Below the pieces are notes generated by a model. It was not told where the DNA came from. It made no database searches and saw only the letters and a list, made by a program, of their open reading frames with translations. Shown piece after piece: positions 42,078 to 51,799 of a stretch of DNA of 64,000 bases. Positions within the stretch are counted from its first letter, which is position 1; each line of letters starts with the position of its first letter. The stretch covers positions 64,001 to 128,000 of the forward strand of contig JBEGVH010000006.1 of the NCBI GenBank assembly GCA_041178425.1, read 5' to 3'. The stretch comes from Pseudomonadota bacterium (GTDB lineage Bacteria > Bdellovibrionota > Bdellovibrionia > Bdellovibrionales > Bdellovibrionaceae). The position numbers were made by a program, and so were the translations under genes.

Positions 42078-42506
42078 TCATTTGGGCTGTGAGCGAAGCA
42101 TTTTCTTCACTTCGGCAACATGAGCCTCTTCTTCGCAAATCATTTCGCGGGCGTACTCTTCAAGGAAAACGGACTTCCCTTCGACAGCCTTGAGGAGTTT
42201 TTGAAGGTTTTCGAGCTGCGTTTCCTCGTGATCTAAGCTCTCATTTAAGATGTCATTAATCGTGTGCTTATGCGATTCAGTCAGTTTGCCGATTTTTAAA
42301 CTCGGGTGTCCTTCCAGGGTGGTGATATGTTCTCCTGCAACAGCCGCATGAGCGAGAGATTCTGTAGCTTGAGCGCGAAGCCAGCCCACAATTGGAATTC
42401 GATTATGACCAAAGATCATGAGAGAATAGTGGGTGTAACGAACGACTCCGGCAAGTTCCATTTCAAGAATTTGATTTAGTAAATCGATGACTTTTTTATT
42501 ATCCAT
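42078..42506 (-). CDS. bacterioferritin-like protein
   Basis: ELAGVVRY, ESLAH, EEEAH ferroxidase-type motifs; GGAGG RBS. Confidence 0.85.
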   Translation of the reverse strand: MDNKKVIDLLNQILEMELAGVVRYTHYSLMIFGHNRIPIVGWLRAQATESLAHAAVAGEHITTLEGHPSLKIGKLTESHKHTINDILNESLDHEETQLENLQKLLKAVEGKSVFLEEYAREMICEEEAHVAEVKKMLRSQPK

Positions 42507-42700
42507 AACGAGACCTCCGCGCTTTGTTATCTTATCTTGCATTGGTAATTTTTGGCTGACAAGGAGGCAATGAATTGGAGGCTCTTTGACTCGCCCTTCG
42601 TCGAGACCACTCGATTGACTCTTTGTTAGCGTAACATAATCTTTTCAGGGACCGAAGGCTTTGCTACAAAAGGGCTCAAAGGTATGGCAAAAGGAAATAT

Positions 42701-42889
42701 ATGATGGAAGAGCGTTTAATAGAGATAGAAATGAAATTAGTGACTCAGGAAAAGTTGATTGAAGAATTAAGTGGGGTCATTTTTGAGCAGCAAAAGCAAA
42801 TCGATCTTTTAGAAAAGCTGATGCAAGATCAGCTTCGTGCGCGAAGTATCGAAATTGGGCCTCACAATGTGAAGCCTCCGCATTATTAA
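42701..42889 (+). CDS. slyX: SlyX family protein
   Basis: ERLIEIEMKL..QE..IEEL, C-terminal PPHY. Confidence 0.9.
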   Translation: MMEERLIEIEMKLVTQEKLIEELSGVIFEQQKQIDLLEKLMQDQLRARSIEIGPHNVKPPHY

Positions 42890-42950
42890 TTCACGACTCA
42901 ATCGATGACTCTTGGTGGTGCCACCCTGATTTTTATGGTGAAATTATAAT

Positions 42951-44420
42951 CTACTTATTCGAAGGTTCTTGTGGTTTTCTGATGGCCCAGGGTTTGGGCT
43001 CTTTGCGGTCCCACTTGAGAGTGAGATTCGCCATTAAGCCAGAGCTCGTTTCGATGAGAATTGATTTGGAACCTTTGGTTTTGAAGTTGGCATCGAGAGC
43101 TTTCTCGAGTTGTCGAAGAGATTGAATTTTTTGACCGTTCAGGCGATCAACAAAATCGCCTACCTCAATAAAAAGGTCTTCTGCGGCCGTTTCCGGACAA
43201 ACATGAGTAATCAGCATTTTCGATTTTGATTCTAGATATTCACGCATTAAAAAGCACGGATCTATACCGTAGGTTTGGTGAAGAGCCTCGATCAGCTCCA
43301 GAGAGACTTCCTGAATTATGATACCTTCAAGGCACATGAAGCTCATTCGGCTCCAAAGGGGTTGACTGGGAAAGGTCAGCGGTGGCGAGACTTTAATAAG
43401 AGCTGATTTTTTAATGACCTTTCCTTTTCTCCAAATCGACAGCTGTACCGGAGATGAGGGCGGCGTCATTTGCAAGATATCAAACAGGTTTTGTTTTCTT
43501 ATGTCGTGATTTTTCTCAATCACGATGCCGTGCCGATCCAGTTTGCGCCCATTCACAGAGAGAATCACATCTCGTTGGTGGAGCCCGGCGCTTTCGGCAA
43601 AACCGTTAGGAAGAATTTTTGATACGATAACACCCTCGCAGGACTTCATTTTTAGAAAACCGGCGTTTTGCGGTGAGTTTCTTTGAAGATGAGCGCCAAA
43701 GTGAGCATTCGAAAGAGTTTTACCTTGTTGTAAGATTGGTAAAATATTTTCGGCCAAGTGAATAGGGGTTATAAAGCTGATATTGTTAGCGCCAAGAATG
43801 ATGGCGGTGTTGATTCCTAAAACACCACCCGATTGATTGATCGCTGGGCCACCGCTATTGCCTGGATTGATGGCGGCATCGGTCACAAATCGTTCTACTG
43901 TGCCCGGTGTGCCACCAATAAAATTTGAAATTTCACCGGCTGAGATGTTTGGTTCTTCCATTCCTAAGGGGTAACCAATCGCCTTGATGATCTCTCCGCG
44001 ATGGACGCTTCGTGAGTCGGCAAATTTCAGATAGGGAATTGTTTTAATTTTTGCCACTTTTTTGAAGCGTTTAAGCTCTTTGGTGGAGAATTTAAGGAGT
44101 GCCACGTCTGGTTCTAGGCCTGGCACTAAACCTACGCATTCCACCTCGAAAGGTTCGTCACTCGTAAAGATAGAGCGAATTTCGAGGTGAGTGGCGCTGC
44201 GAGCAACGTGACCATTGGTGAGAATCCATCCCTCTTCGTTCTTCCAGCGAATGAAAAAACCAGACCCTGTCCACTCTTCTGTGGGGACTTGTCGAGGATC
44301 GAGAAAGGCCGGCCATTGGTTTTCCGTAAAGCCACGGCAATGAATACGAACAACTGCAGGCATTGCTTTTTTTGCGGAGGTGGTGATATCGTGAGCAGTT
44401 TTTTTTCTTTTCTTGATCAT
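42951..44420 (-). CDS. HtrA/Deg-type serine protease with two PDZ-like domains, no signal peptide
   Basis: GSGF, TNGHV, DVALL, AAINPGNSGGP. Confidence 0.88.
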   Translation of the reverse strand: MIKKRKKTAHDITTSAKKAMPAVVRIHCRGFTENQWPAFLDPRQVPTEEWTGSGFFIRWKNEEGWILTNGHVARSATHLEIRSIFTSDEPFEVECVGLVPGLEPDVALLKFSTKELKRFKKVAKIKTIPYLKFADSRSVHRGEIIKAIGYPLGMEEPNISAGEISNFIGGTPGTVERFVTDAAINPGNSGGPAINQSGGVLGINTAIILGANNISFITPIHLAENILPILQQGKTLSNAHFGAHLQRNSPQNAGFLKMKSCEGVIVSKILPNGFAESAGLHQRDVILSVNGRKLDRHGIVIEKNHDIRKQNLFDILQMTPPSSPVQLSIWRKGKVIKKSALIKVSPPLTFPSQPLWSRMSFMCLEGIIIQEVSLELIEALHQTYGIDPCFLMREYLESKSKMLITHVCPETAAEDLFIEVGDFVDRLNGQKIQSLRQLEKALDANFKTKGSKSILIETSSGLMANLTLKWDRKEPKPWAIRKPQEPSNK

Positions 44421-44507
44421 CTTAGATCGATGATAAAGAAGTACACGATGGTGTCAACGAGTTGGGATTAAAAAGTCTAGATGTTTGGAATTTATTGACG
44501 GAGTTAA

Positions 44508-45494
44508 ATGAGATCGGGTCGTTATCGCTTTCAAATGATTGAAGAGGAAAAGCTAACTGCATGGGCTCCTCAACTTGAGCCGGTTTTCTTGCAATGGCGT
44601 GCAAGATTGGATACGGGCCATCTGGACGAGTGGGAATTCGTGGCGGCTTACGTATTGATATTTATTTTTTTAAATCGACCACGCGAGAAATGGCCCAAAC
44701 AATCAGAAATCCAATTATCTTCGCATCAGAAGGATAATTTCAATTTTTTTTGTGCAACGGCGAGAGCTTTCTTAACTGGCTTGGGTGAGGAGTCGATGGC
44801 TTCTCGTTGGGAGAATTGCTTGCGTTGGATCTATGGCCCCATGAAAAATTTGCGGGGAGTTCCTGAAAAAGTTCTTCAGAGTCTTCGCTGTTGGCGCGAG
44901 GGCGACTATCAACTCAAAATGTTTCATCGTGTGCCATCGTCTCGCGAAATGCTTCGCTTTCAAAAGGAAGGGTGGCGTTGTGTGTCCGTTCTTCTTTCTG
45001 AAACTGAAATCAAAAAGCCAGTAGAAACGGGGCGTGATGTTTGGAGTTTTTGCCTCCATGATCTTCTTCATGCGAGTCATTTTTTTGGAGATAGCGAGGC
45101 CATTCATGCTCAAAGATATTTGTCGCATTTCTTCTTATCGGCATGGGAGTCCACCTCGATGGCCGATTGGATTGAGCAAGATCCACAATTTGCGGCGGAG
45201 TTTGAGTATGTGGCTGCAGATATGAACGCTCACCCTGTCTATGTGTGGATGAGCTTTTATGCGGCAGTTCTCGATTTCTTTAAGCGCTCAGTCGGGGGCG
45301 GCTCCGAAAACTCACTCACTCCAGAGCAAGAAAAGCAATGGATTGTTTTTTGGAATAATTGGTTAATAGAAATTTTTCCTGTGACATCCTCTCTTTATGA
45401 GGCTTTTGTTAACATTCCATTAATGCCCCGAGGGCAGCAGGATTTTTCTGCTCTTCAGAGGGAGTTGCTGCAGGTGGGGGCCAATGAGTTTTAA
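44508..45494 (+). CDS. hypothetical protein with HDLLH and ADMN motifs
   Basis: Long ORF overlapping the downstream TlpA gene; start uncertain. Confidence 0.65.
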   Translation: MRSGRYRFQMIEEEKLTAWAPQLEPVFLQWRARLDTGHLDEWEFVAAYVLIFIFLNRPREKWPKQSEIQLSSHQKDNFNFFCATARAFLTGLGEESMASRWENCLRWIYGPMKNLRGVPEKVLQSLRCWREGDYQLKMFHRVPSSREMLRFQKEGWRCVSVLLSETEIKKPVETGRDVWSFCLHDLLHASHFFGDSEAIHAQRYLSHFFLSAWESTSMADWIEQDPQFAAEFEYVAADMNAHPVYVWMSFYAAVLDFFKRSVGGGSENSLTPEQEKQWIVFWNNWLIEIFPVTSSLYEAFVNIPLMPRGQQDFSALQRELLQVGANEF

Positions 45495-46017
45495 TTGGAA
45501 GAGCAAGGTTGATTGGATTTTAAATATTGCTACCGTTTTTTTATTGTTTCTTATGCTCTGGCAGAGGGGTCCAGGAATTGTTGAACATTTTAAGGTCGAA
45601 AATCAATCAGCCCCTTCTTTTCGAGTTCCGCTCCTTGATGGGAATTTCCTCGTTTTAAACGAAAAAAAACAAAACGTGATTTTGGTTTTCTGGGCGACGT
45701 GGTGTGGGCCCTGCTCTCTCGAGCTTTCTCGCATTGACGAGATGATCAAAAATAAAGAAATTTCAGCGGACTCCATTTATGCCGTTTCAAGCAACGAGGA
45801 GCAAAGCCTTCTTGAAAAAGTGGTTGGGGAGCGAGGTTATAGTTTTAAAGTAGGTGTCGATGGTGATGGAAGCGTGGCATCACTCTTTGGTGTGAAAGGC
45901 ACGCCCACCATCGTTTTTATTAATGCCGAACAAAAAATTGATTGGATTACAACGGGATTGAGTCCGTTCTTGGGTCTCCGAATAAAACGATTTCTCGTTG
46001 CTAAAAACAAAACTTAA
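45484..46017 (+). CDS. TlpA-family thiol-disulfide oxidoreductase
   Basis: N-terminal TM; FWATWCGPC; GTPT. Confidence 0.9.
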   Translation: MSFNWKSKVDWILNIATVFLLFLMLWQRGPGIVEHFKVENQSAPSFRVPLLDGNFLVLNEKKQNVILVFWATWCGPCSLELSRIDEMIKNKEISADSIYAVSSNEEQSLLEKVVGERGYSFKVGVDGDGSVASLFGVKGTPTIVFINAEQKIDWITTGLSPFLGLRIKRFLVAKNKT

Positions 46018-46784
46018 GTTCGATGCACCTGTCGAATGGCCGCTTGGGCCGTTGGATAAAGCACCAGTTCCTGAATATTCACGTGAGGCGGTCGTGAAAG
46101 GCACCAAGAAATAGTTTCGGCGATATCTTCTGCTTTTAATGGCGTCATACCGGCATATACTGCGTTGGCTTCTTCTTGTGTTCCAAGGCGCACGAGTGAA
46201 AACTCCGTTTCGACCATCCCAGGCTCAATATTGGTGATTCGAATATTTGTACCGCAGAGGTCTTGGCGAAGCCCTTCGGTGATGGCTCTCACTGCAAACT
46301 TGGTGGCGCAATAGACGGAGCCTCCTGGGTAAACCCACCGACCAGCCACTGAGCCTAAGTTAATGACATGGCCAAAATTATTGGTAAGCATTTTTGGAAG
46401 GAGTGAGCGGGTCAGATAGAGGAGTCCCTTGATATTGGTATCTATCATGGTGTCCCAGTCTTGAGGGTCGCAGGAATGAAAAGGTTCTGTTCCCTTTGCG
46501 AGGCCAGCGTTATTGATGAGCACGCTGAGGGTTTTAAGTTCGTTATCAAAAGTTTTGCACAGGCTTTGGATATCCTCCTTGCACTGCACGTCGCCGACAT
46601 GGGTGTTAATTGTCACGGAGGCGTTGAGTTGGCTAATTTCTAGCTTGAGATCGTTCAATTTGTTTTCGCGTCGGGCCATCAGCAGCAGGTCGTAGCCCTG
46701 CTGAGCCAGAGTTATCGCCGTTGATCGTCCAATCCCTGAAGAGGCTCCGCTAATAAAGGCGAGCCCTTTTTTTTGATTCAACAT
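46014..46784 (-). CDS. SDR oxidoreductase (YdfG-like)
   Basis: SGASSGIG, NNAG, YCATK, IEPGMVETEFS. Confidence 0.92.
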   Translation of the reverse strand: MLNQKKGLAFISGASSGIGRSTAITLAQQGYDLLLMARRENKLNDLKLEISQLNASVTINTHVGDVQCKEDIQSLCKTFDNELKTLSVLINNAGLAKGTEPFHSCDPQDWDTMIDTNIKGLLYLTRSLLPKMLTNNFGHVINLGSVAGRWVYPGGSVYCATKFAVRAITEGLRQDLCGTNIRITNIEPGMVETEFSLVRLGTQEEANAVYAGMTPLKAEDIAETISWCLSRPPHVNIQELVLYPTAQAAIRQVHRT

Positions 46785-47148
46785 AATCTCTCCGATTGGT
46801 TGGGTGAGGTTTTTTTGTGAAAGAATTGGTTAACCGAGACTCACTAGATCCGTCTAGAAAATTCAAAAAAGACTGTCATTTAGCGCTGTGGTTATATGAC
46901 ACCCATTTGATCATCTTCTAGTATCGCAGATGATCATAATGAGGTGTGAAGGAGTAGGGCTAAATGACTGTTGTTTTTAAAGATTTGGTTAAATAAACGC
47001 GTAACATAATAACTGTTTATCAAGTCTTTTAAGTTTTCTACATTTTTTGTTGAAGCTGCGCTTCAATTCGCAGTTCTTGATTGTTATTTTCATTTGATTG
47101 AACAAATCTGGACCTGGAAGAGTATTAACTAGGGAAGGAGAGCACTGT

Positions 47149-48945
47149 TTGGCTAACAAAGTGAATAGATTTACAGAGCTCTTTTTTGCATTTGTGTATC
47201 TTTTCTTTTCAGTCAATACTTTTGCCTCTTCGAGGGGTCGTTCCTCTTTTCAAAGACAGATGGGAGTACAGTCTCTCAATGTCAGTGAAAATGATGATTT
47301 TCTGTTAGCTTTTCTAAAAGCCATGGTGCAAGCGCAACCTCTGAGCCCGATGTCGGCAGAGCATGAGACCGGCTTTTTAGAGTGGATTCCTGACGGAAGC
47401 CTTATTTCTTCTGTTCCACCCGAATGTTTGCCAGAGACGTTTGAAAATCAAATTCTAAAAAAACGACCTCGAGCTTCTCAATTTGGAGAAATAGCCAGGG
47501 ATTATTTTAATCGTTGTGGCCCTGTTTTGAGTTCGAAAGCCACCGGTGGACTGATGGGATTGGTTGATTTTGCGATGGCCAGTTACCCATTTCTACAAAA
47601 CTCTCGAGTGCGCCCCACAATTTTTAAGTTCAGAGATGGTCTTCAAATCAATGGTTTTGTTGGCGTTAAAGACCAAAATCCACGCCCCTGGGTTATTTAC
47701 AAGTGTGGAGTTTTTTGCTCTGCCGACCCTCGAGGGGCCTCTCTCAAAAATTACCTGATACACCTGTTTGATCAATCGCCTTTTAATGTTATTCTTGTGG
47801 GTAATCGCACTGGCCGCGACTTTATCAAAAACAATCAACGCTTTAATTTTGGTGGCTATTATGAACATCAAGATTTTATCGACTTAGCTCGATGGCTTCG
47901 TGAAGAATCGCCGTATGCTCACTTGGTGTCGTCTGTTCACGTGGTGGCTGTCAGCTTAGCGGGCTCTGCCGCTTATCTCACCGAACAGCGACTCAGTCGT
48001 ATTGGCAGTACGCAGAAGCCATTGATTCAGTCGGTGACATCCTTGTGCGCGGTCTCTGATCTTCGGCCTACGGTAGAGAATATGTACCAAGAGGGATTAA
48101 AGGGATCTATTTTTTCTAAACTCACCTGGGCCAATATAGAATCAGTGCGAGGGTCGCTCCCTGGTATCGATAAAGTGATCGGACATCAAGAACCTGAAAT
48201 CGAACATTTCCCGCGGCTCCTCGGTAAACTGGCATCCCACTATATTCATAACGAGCACTATGGCTTAGGCGATGAAGATTTCATCGGCGACAAAGAAAAG
48301 AAGTTCTGGGAGCGCAGTCAGTATTCATCGTACACTCATGCGGCGCCGGTTCCGCTTTTTATTTGGGCGAGTGAGGATGATTCGGTGGTTGACTTTCAAA
48401 TCAATACCGGAAATTTGATGCGACAGAGAGCGAAAATTTCGGATTCGAATGTGGCCATTGTCGGTCTTGAAAAAGGCGATCATTGCGGGTTTGCGACAGC
48501 TTATGGGTATCCTGTGGCGGCTTCGTTGTTAAGGAGTTTTATACTCAATAATTCTCCAGAGTTTACTTCGCGGATGGAACAAAAATCGATTCCCTTTAAG
48601 GCGCCTAAATTTACTCTTCTCGAGGGTGAGCACATTATTGGCCATTGGTGGTCTGAAGCAACCAAAGATCGAACGAATTTGCAACTCAACTTTGAAGTTT
48701 ATGGAGTCGACGATTCCCTTTGTCCGATTGAATTGATGTACGAAGATATGGAAAATTGTCGCACTTTTGCTAAGGTTGAATTTTCCGAAGACTTTTTTGT
48801 TAAGTATGGTTTTAAAAAGCCAATCAACCTCATTGAGCGCGAGGCGATGATTCGCGAGCTTAATGCCAGAGTTTTCCCCTTGCTGAAGGGGGAGACGGTC
48901 GTGGGTGGAACGCAATGGCCCGACGAGCTGCGGGTTAAGTTTTAA
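47149..48945 (+). CDS. secreted alpha/beta-hydrolase-fold protein
   Basis: Signal peptide (…TFA); AVSLAG, EDDSVV, GDHCG putative Ser-Asp-His triad. Confidence 0.65.
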   Translation: MANKVNRFTELFFAFVYLFFSVNTFASSRGRSSFQRQMGVQSLNVSENDDFLLAFLKAMVQAQPLSPMSAEHETGFLEWIPDGSLISSVPPECLPETFENQILKKRPRASQFGEIARDYFNRCGPVLSSKATGGLMGLVDFAMASYPFLQNSRVRPTIFKFRDGLQINGFVGVKDQNPRPWVIYKCGVFCSADPRGASLKNYLIHLFDQSPFNVILVGNRTGRDFIKNNQRFNFGGYYEHQDFIDLARWLREESPYAHLVSSVHVVAVSLAGSAAYLTEQRLSRIGSTQKPLIQSVTSLCAVSDLRPTVENMYQEGLKGSIFSKLTWANIESVRGSLPGIDKVIGHQEPEIEHFPRLLGKLASHYIHNEHYGLGDEDFIGDKEKKFWERSQYSSYTHAAPVPLFIWASEDDSVVDFQINTGNLMRQRAKISDSNVAIVGLEKGDHCGFATAYGYPVAASLLRSFILNNSPEFTSRMEQKSIPFKAPKFTLLEGEHIIGHWWSEATKDRTNLQLNFEVYGVDDSLCPIELMYEDMENCRTFAKVEFSEDFFVKYGFKKPINLIEREAMIRELNARVFPLLKGETVVGGTQWPDELRVKF

Positions 48946-49315
48946 GTTGTTCTTCAATCTCTAGTAAAAATTTATTTAAGTCCGGTTTGAGAGTGCGAAA
49001 GAGTTCTTGAGCTTTCAGTTTTTCATTCGCTCTTCCCGCTTGTTCAATAGCAAAGGCTGCATCAATTAAAGGTCGGCACAAAAAGATAGCGAGCGAGCCT
49101 TTCAGTGTATGTGCGGTGAGTGTGATTTCATCCGTCAGTGGAGAATTAAAGGCCATTTCAAGGTTTTGAATTTGCTTTGGAAGAACTCGCATTGTGAGCT
49201 TTAAGGTGTCATTGAGGAGTTGCTGATCGTTGCCAAGGCTTTTTAAAACAGAGGGTAGATCGAGATAATGAGTGATCATTGGTGTTATTCTAGAAAAAAC
49301 CATCTCCCTCTGCAA
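48935..49315 (-). CDS. Hpt domain protein
   Basis: AHTLKGS. Confidence 0.88.
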   Translation of the reverse strand: MQREMVFSRITPMITHYLDLPSVLKSLGNDQQLLNDTLKLTMRVLPKQIQNLEMAFNSPLTDEITLTAHTLKGSLAIFLCRPLIDAAFAIEQAGRANEKLKAQELFRTLKPDLNKFLLEIEEQLKT

Positions 49316-49326
49316 GGAAATTTATG

Positions 49327-49608
49327 TCAAAACTGAAGTGGATTGATGTCTTGTTTGTTAGCTTCAGTTTCTAAGAGATCGATGCAGATTCCTGAGAGTT
49401 CATCAAAGTCGTCGGTTCTCAGAATTTCACTTTGCTCGTTCATGCAAGATTGAATAAAAAATGAATCCCTAGTGCAGAGGTCGCCTGCGACTTCTTGTGA
49501 AACATCAAATTTGTTTGAGAGATCGGCCTTGCAGGCCTCATTATTGGCGCTTGCAGCGAGGGAAGACAGGGATAGCGCCAAACTTAGAAAAATAGTTTTA
49601 ATCTGCAT
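49327..49608 (-). CDS. small secreted Cys-containing hypothetical protein
   Basis: Signal peptide (…ASA); four Cys; AAGGA RBS. Confidence 0.65.
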   Translation of the reverse strand: MQIKTIFLSLALSLSSLAASANNEACKADLSNKFDVSQEVAGDLCTRDSFFIQSCMNEQSEILRTDDFDELSGICIDLLETEANKQDINPLQF

Positions 49609-49805
49609 GTGGGATCCTTCTTTTTTGAGTTCTTGCTTTCTGAGCATTCAGGAGCTGTGCCAACCCGTTGAGAGATTCTTGGGGTGAGGGAATTCGATTT
49701 GTTGTTAAACATTTGGTGAACGAGCAAAAAAATGTCACCATAATAAAAGTGAGTGTTCTGTGAGCGAGTGGTCTCTTTTGTTTTTTTGTTTGGGGAGGGG
49801 TGTCC

Positions 49806-50471
49806 ATGACAGGTCATCGAACTGGGGTTTTGGTTTTTTTGATACTAGGTTCGTTATTAGTTGTGGCTTCGAAGATGTATTTGAAGCCATTTAAGAGCCC
49901 CAGTTCCTATGTGTACTTTGTCAGTCCTTCGCGACAGTTAGAACACTTCACCTTTGGTTATCGAGAGCTCGTAGCAGATATGATGTGGTTGCGAGCGATT
50001 CAGGATCTTGATCAGTGTGACCAAAAACTTGCCGAAGGTGAAAATTGTAACAACTCATGGGCTTATAAAATGGTCGATAAAATCACAGATCTTTCGCCGC
50101 GATTTCGAATTATTTATGCGACCGTACCAGTGATGTTGTCAGTGACTGTCAATGATCAAAAAGGGGCTATTCAACTTCTCGAAAAAGGCATTAAAAATTT
50201 TCCTAATGATTGGCCTATTCTCTATAAGGGTGGCTATCTCTTTCTTTTTGAGCAAGGCGATAAACTTAAGGCGGCTGAGTACTTTCTTCGGGCTCAGCAA
50301 AATGGGGCCCCAGATTGGATTGCGAGCCTGGCGACTAAACTTTATTCAGAGGCGGGGCGCCGGGAGTTGGCTGAGCAATTGGTGGCGGAATATGAGGAGA
50401 AAGGGTTCGATTCGTCTATTTTAGAACGGATGAAAAATCACCTCGATGAGGCCAATCAAAAGATAAAATAG
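49806..50471 (+). CDS. membrane-anchored TPR-like protein
   Basis: TM; FGYRELVADMMWLRAIQ, ITDLSPRF, LEKGIKNFPNDW. Confidence 0.7.
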   Translation: MTGHRTGVLVFLILGSLLVVASKMYLKPFKSPSSYVYFVSPSRQLEHFTFGYRELVADMMWLRAIQDLDQCDQKLAEGENCNNSWAYKMVDKITDLSPRFRIIYATVPVMLSVTVNDQKGAIQLLEKGIKNFPNDWPILYKGGYLFLFEQGDKLKAAEYFLRAQQNGAPDWIASLATKLYSEAGRRELAEQLVAEYEEKGFDSSILERMKNHLDEANQKIK

Positions 50472-50510
50472 GTATTCCTTCAATTGTTTGAATTTGTTGG
50501 GGTTGATTCG

Positions 50511-50538
50511 TTGACAAAGCTCACAGACACCTCATATT
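50511..50538 (+). promoter_or_regulatory. sigma32-like heat-shock promoter (dnaJ)
   Basis: TTGAC-N14-CCTCATATT. Confidence 0.5.
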
Positions 50539-50568
50539 GAAAACGTCTGACTTATTGAAGGAGCGAGA

Positions 50569-51687
50569 ATGTCTCAGCCTCGGGATTTTTATGAAGTTTT
50601 AGGTGTTTCCAAAGACGCCGATCAAGATGTGATTAAAAAAGCATACCGCAAGATGGCTATGCAGTTTCACCCAGATAAAAACCCTGGTAACAAAGAGGCC
50701 GAAGAGAAGTTCAAAGAGGCGGCGGCTGCCTATGAAGTGCTCAGCGACGAAGATAAAAGGGCGCGTTATGACCGTTTTGGTCACCAGGCTTTTTCTGGCG
50801 GTGCTGGTGGCTCGCAAGGCTTTCATGATGTTGAAGATATTTTTGCTCAATTTGGTGACATCTTTGGTGATTTTTTTGGAATGGGTGCTGGTGGAGGGCG
50901 ACGTCGTAAAGACCCTAATCAACCCAGAAAAGGGGCTGACCTCCGCTACGTGATGGAGATTGGCCTTGATGATGTGGTGAACGGCATCGAGAGAGAAGTA
51001 GAGTACGATTGTGATGAGTCTTGCAAGGAGTGCAACGGCTCGGGAGCAGAGAAGGGGAGTACGGTAGAGACTTGTTCAACGTGCGGAGGGCAGGGCCAAG
51101 TCATTCGTGCTCAGGGATTTTTTCAGATGGCGACAACCTGTCCGAGCTGTCATGGGCAAGGGCAAACAATCAAGCATAAGTGCAAGAGTTGCCGCGGTAG
51201 CGGGAGAACTCAAAAACACCGTAAAATTAGGGTTACCATTCCTGCGGGCGTTGACTCTGGAACGCGCTTGAGAGTCTCAGGAGAAGGTGAGGGCGGTTAT
51301 CGAGGGGGGCCTTCGGGAGATCTTTACGTCGAAATTCGAGTTAAAGATCACGATATATTTGAGCGTCGTGATCACGATCTCATTGGTGAGCTAAAGGTTT
51401 CTTACCTTAAGGCCATTCTCGGTGGAGAAATGGACGTTGAAACTGTGACATCTCACGAGACCATTAATATTCCTAAAGGAAGTCAGGTTGGAGATCTCAT
51501 AAAGCTTTCAGGGCACGGTGTTCCCACTCTTCGAGGCGGACGTCGAGGCGACATTTATTATCAAATTAACATCGATATTCCTAAAAAGCTGGATTCTGAA
51601 GAAGAGAAAATGCTTAGGAAAATCGCAGAAATCCGTAGCGAAAAGGCCGGAAATGCGGGTTCAAGCTTTTTTGGTCGAAAAAAATAA
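50569..51687 (+). CDS. dnaJ: chaperone DnaJ
   Basis: HPD J-domain, G/F-rich region, four CxxCxGxG repeats. Confidence 0.97.
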   Translation: MSQPRDFYEVLGVSKDADQDVIKKAYRKMAMQFHPDKNPGNKEAEEKFKEAAAAYEVLSDEDKRARYDRFGHQAFSGGAGGSQGFHDVEDIFAQFGDIFGDFFGMGAGGGRRRKDPNQPRKGADLRYVMEIGLDDVVNGIEREVEYDCDESCKECNGSGAEKGSTVETCSTCGGQGQVIRAQGFFQMATTCPSCHGQGQTIKHKCKSCRGSGRTQKHRKIRVTIPAGVDSGTRLRVSGEGEGGYRGGPSGDLYVEIRVKDHDIFERRDHDLIGELKVSYLKAILGGEMDVETVTSHETINIPKGSQVGDLIKLSGHGVPTLRGGRRGDIYYQINIDIPKKLDSEEEKMLRKIAEIRSEKAGNAGSSFFGRKK

Positions 51688-51706
51688 CTCAATTAGGGGT
51701 TGGACC

Positions 51707-51734
51707 TTGACGGATTCAATTACAGCCCCAAATT
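51707..51734 (+). promoter_or_regulatory. sigma32-like heat-shock promoter (dnaK)
   Basis: TTGAC-N14-CCCCAAATT. Confidence 0.55.
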
Positions 51735-51799
51735 GGTTATAGATAGTTAAATAAACCAACTAAAACATTGATTTAAGGTTTACAACAGTAGGAGTTTTT

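Noticed and set aside
46908..46936. TGATCATCT/AGATGATCA inverted repeat
   Set aside because: Single occurrence with no further support.
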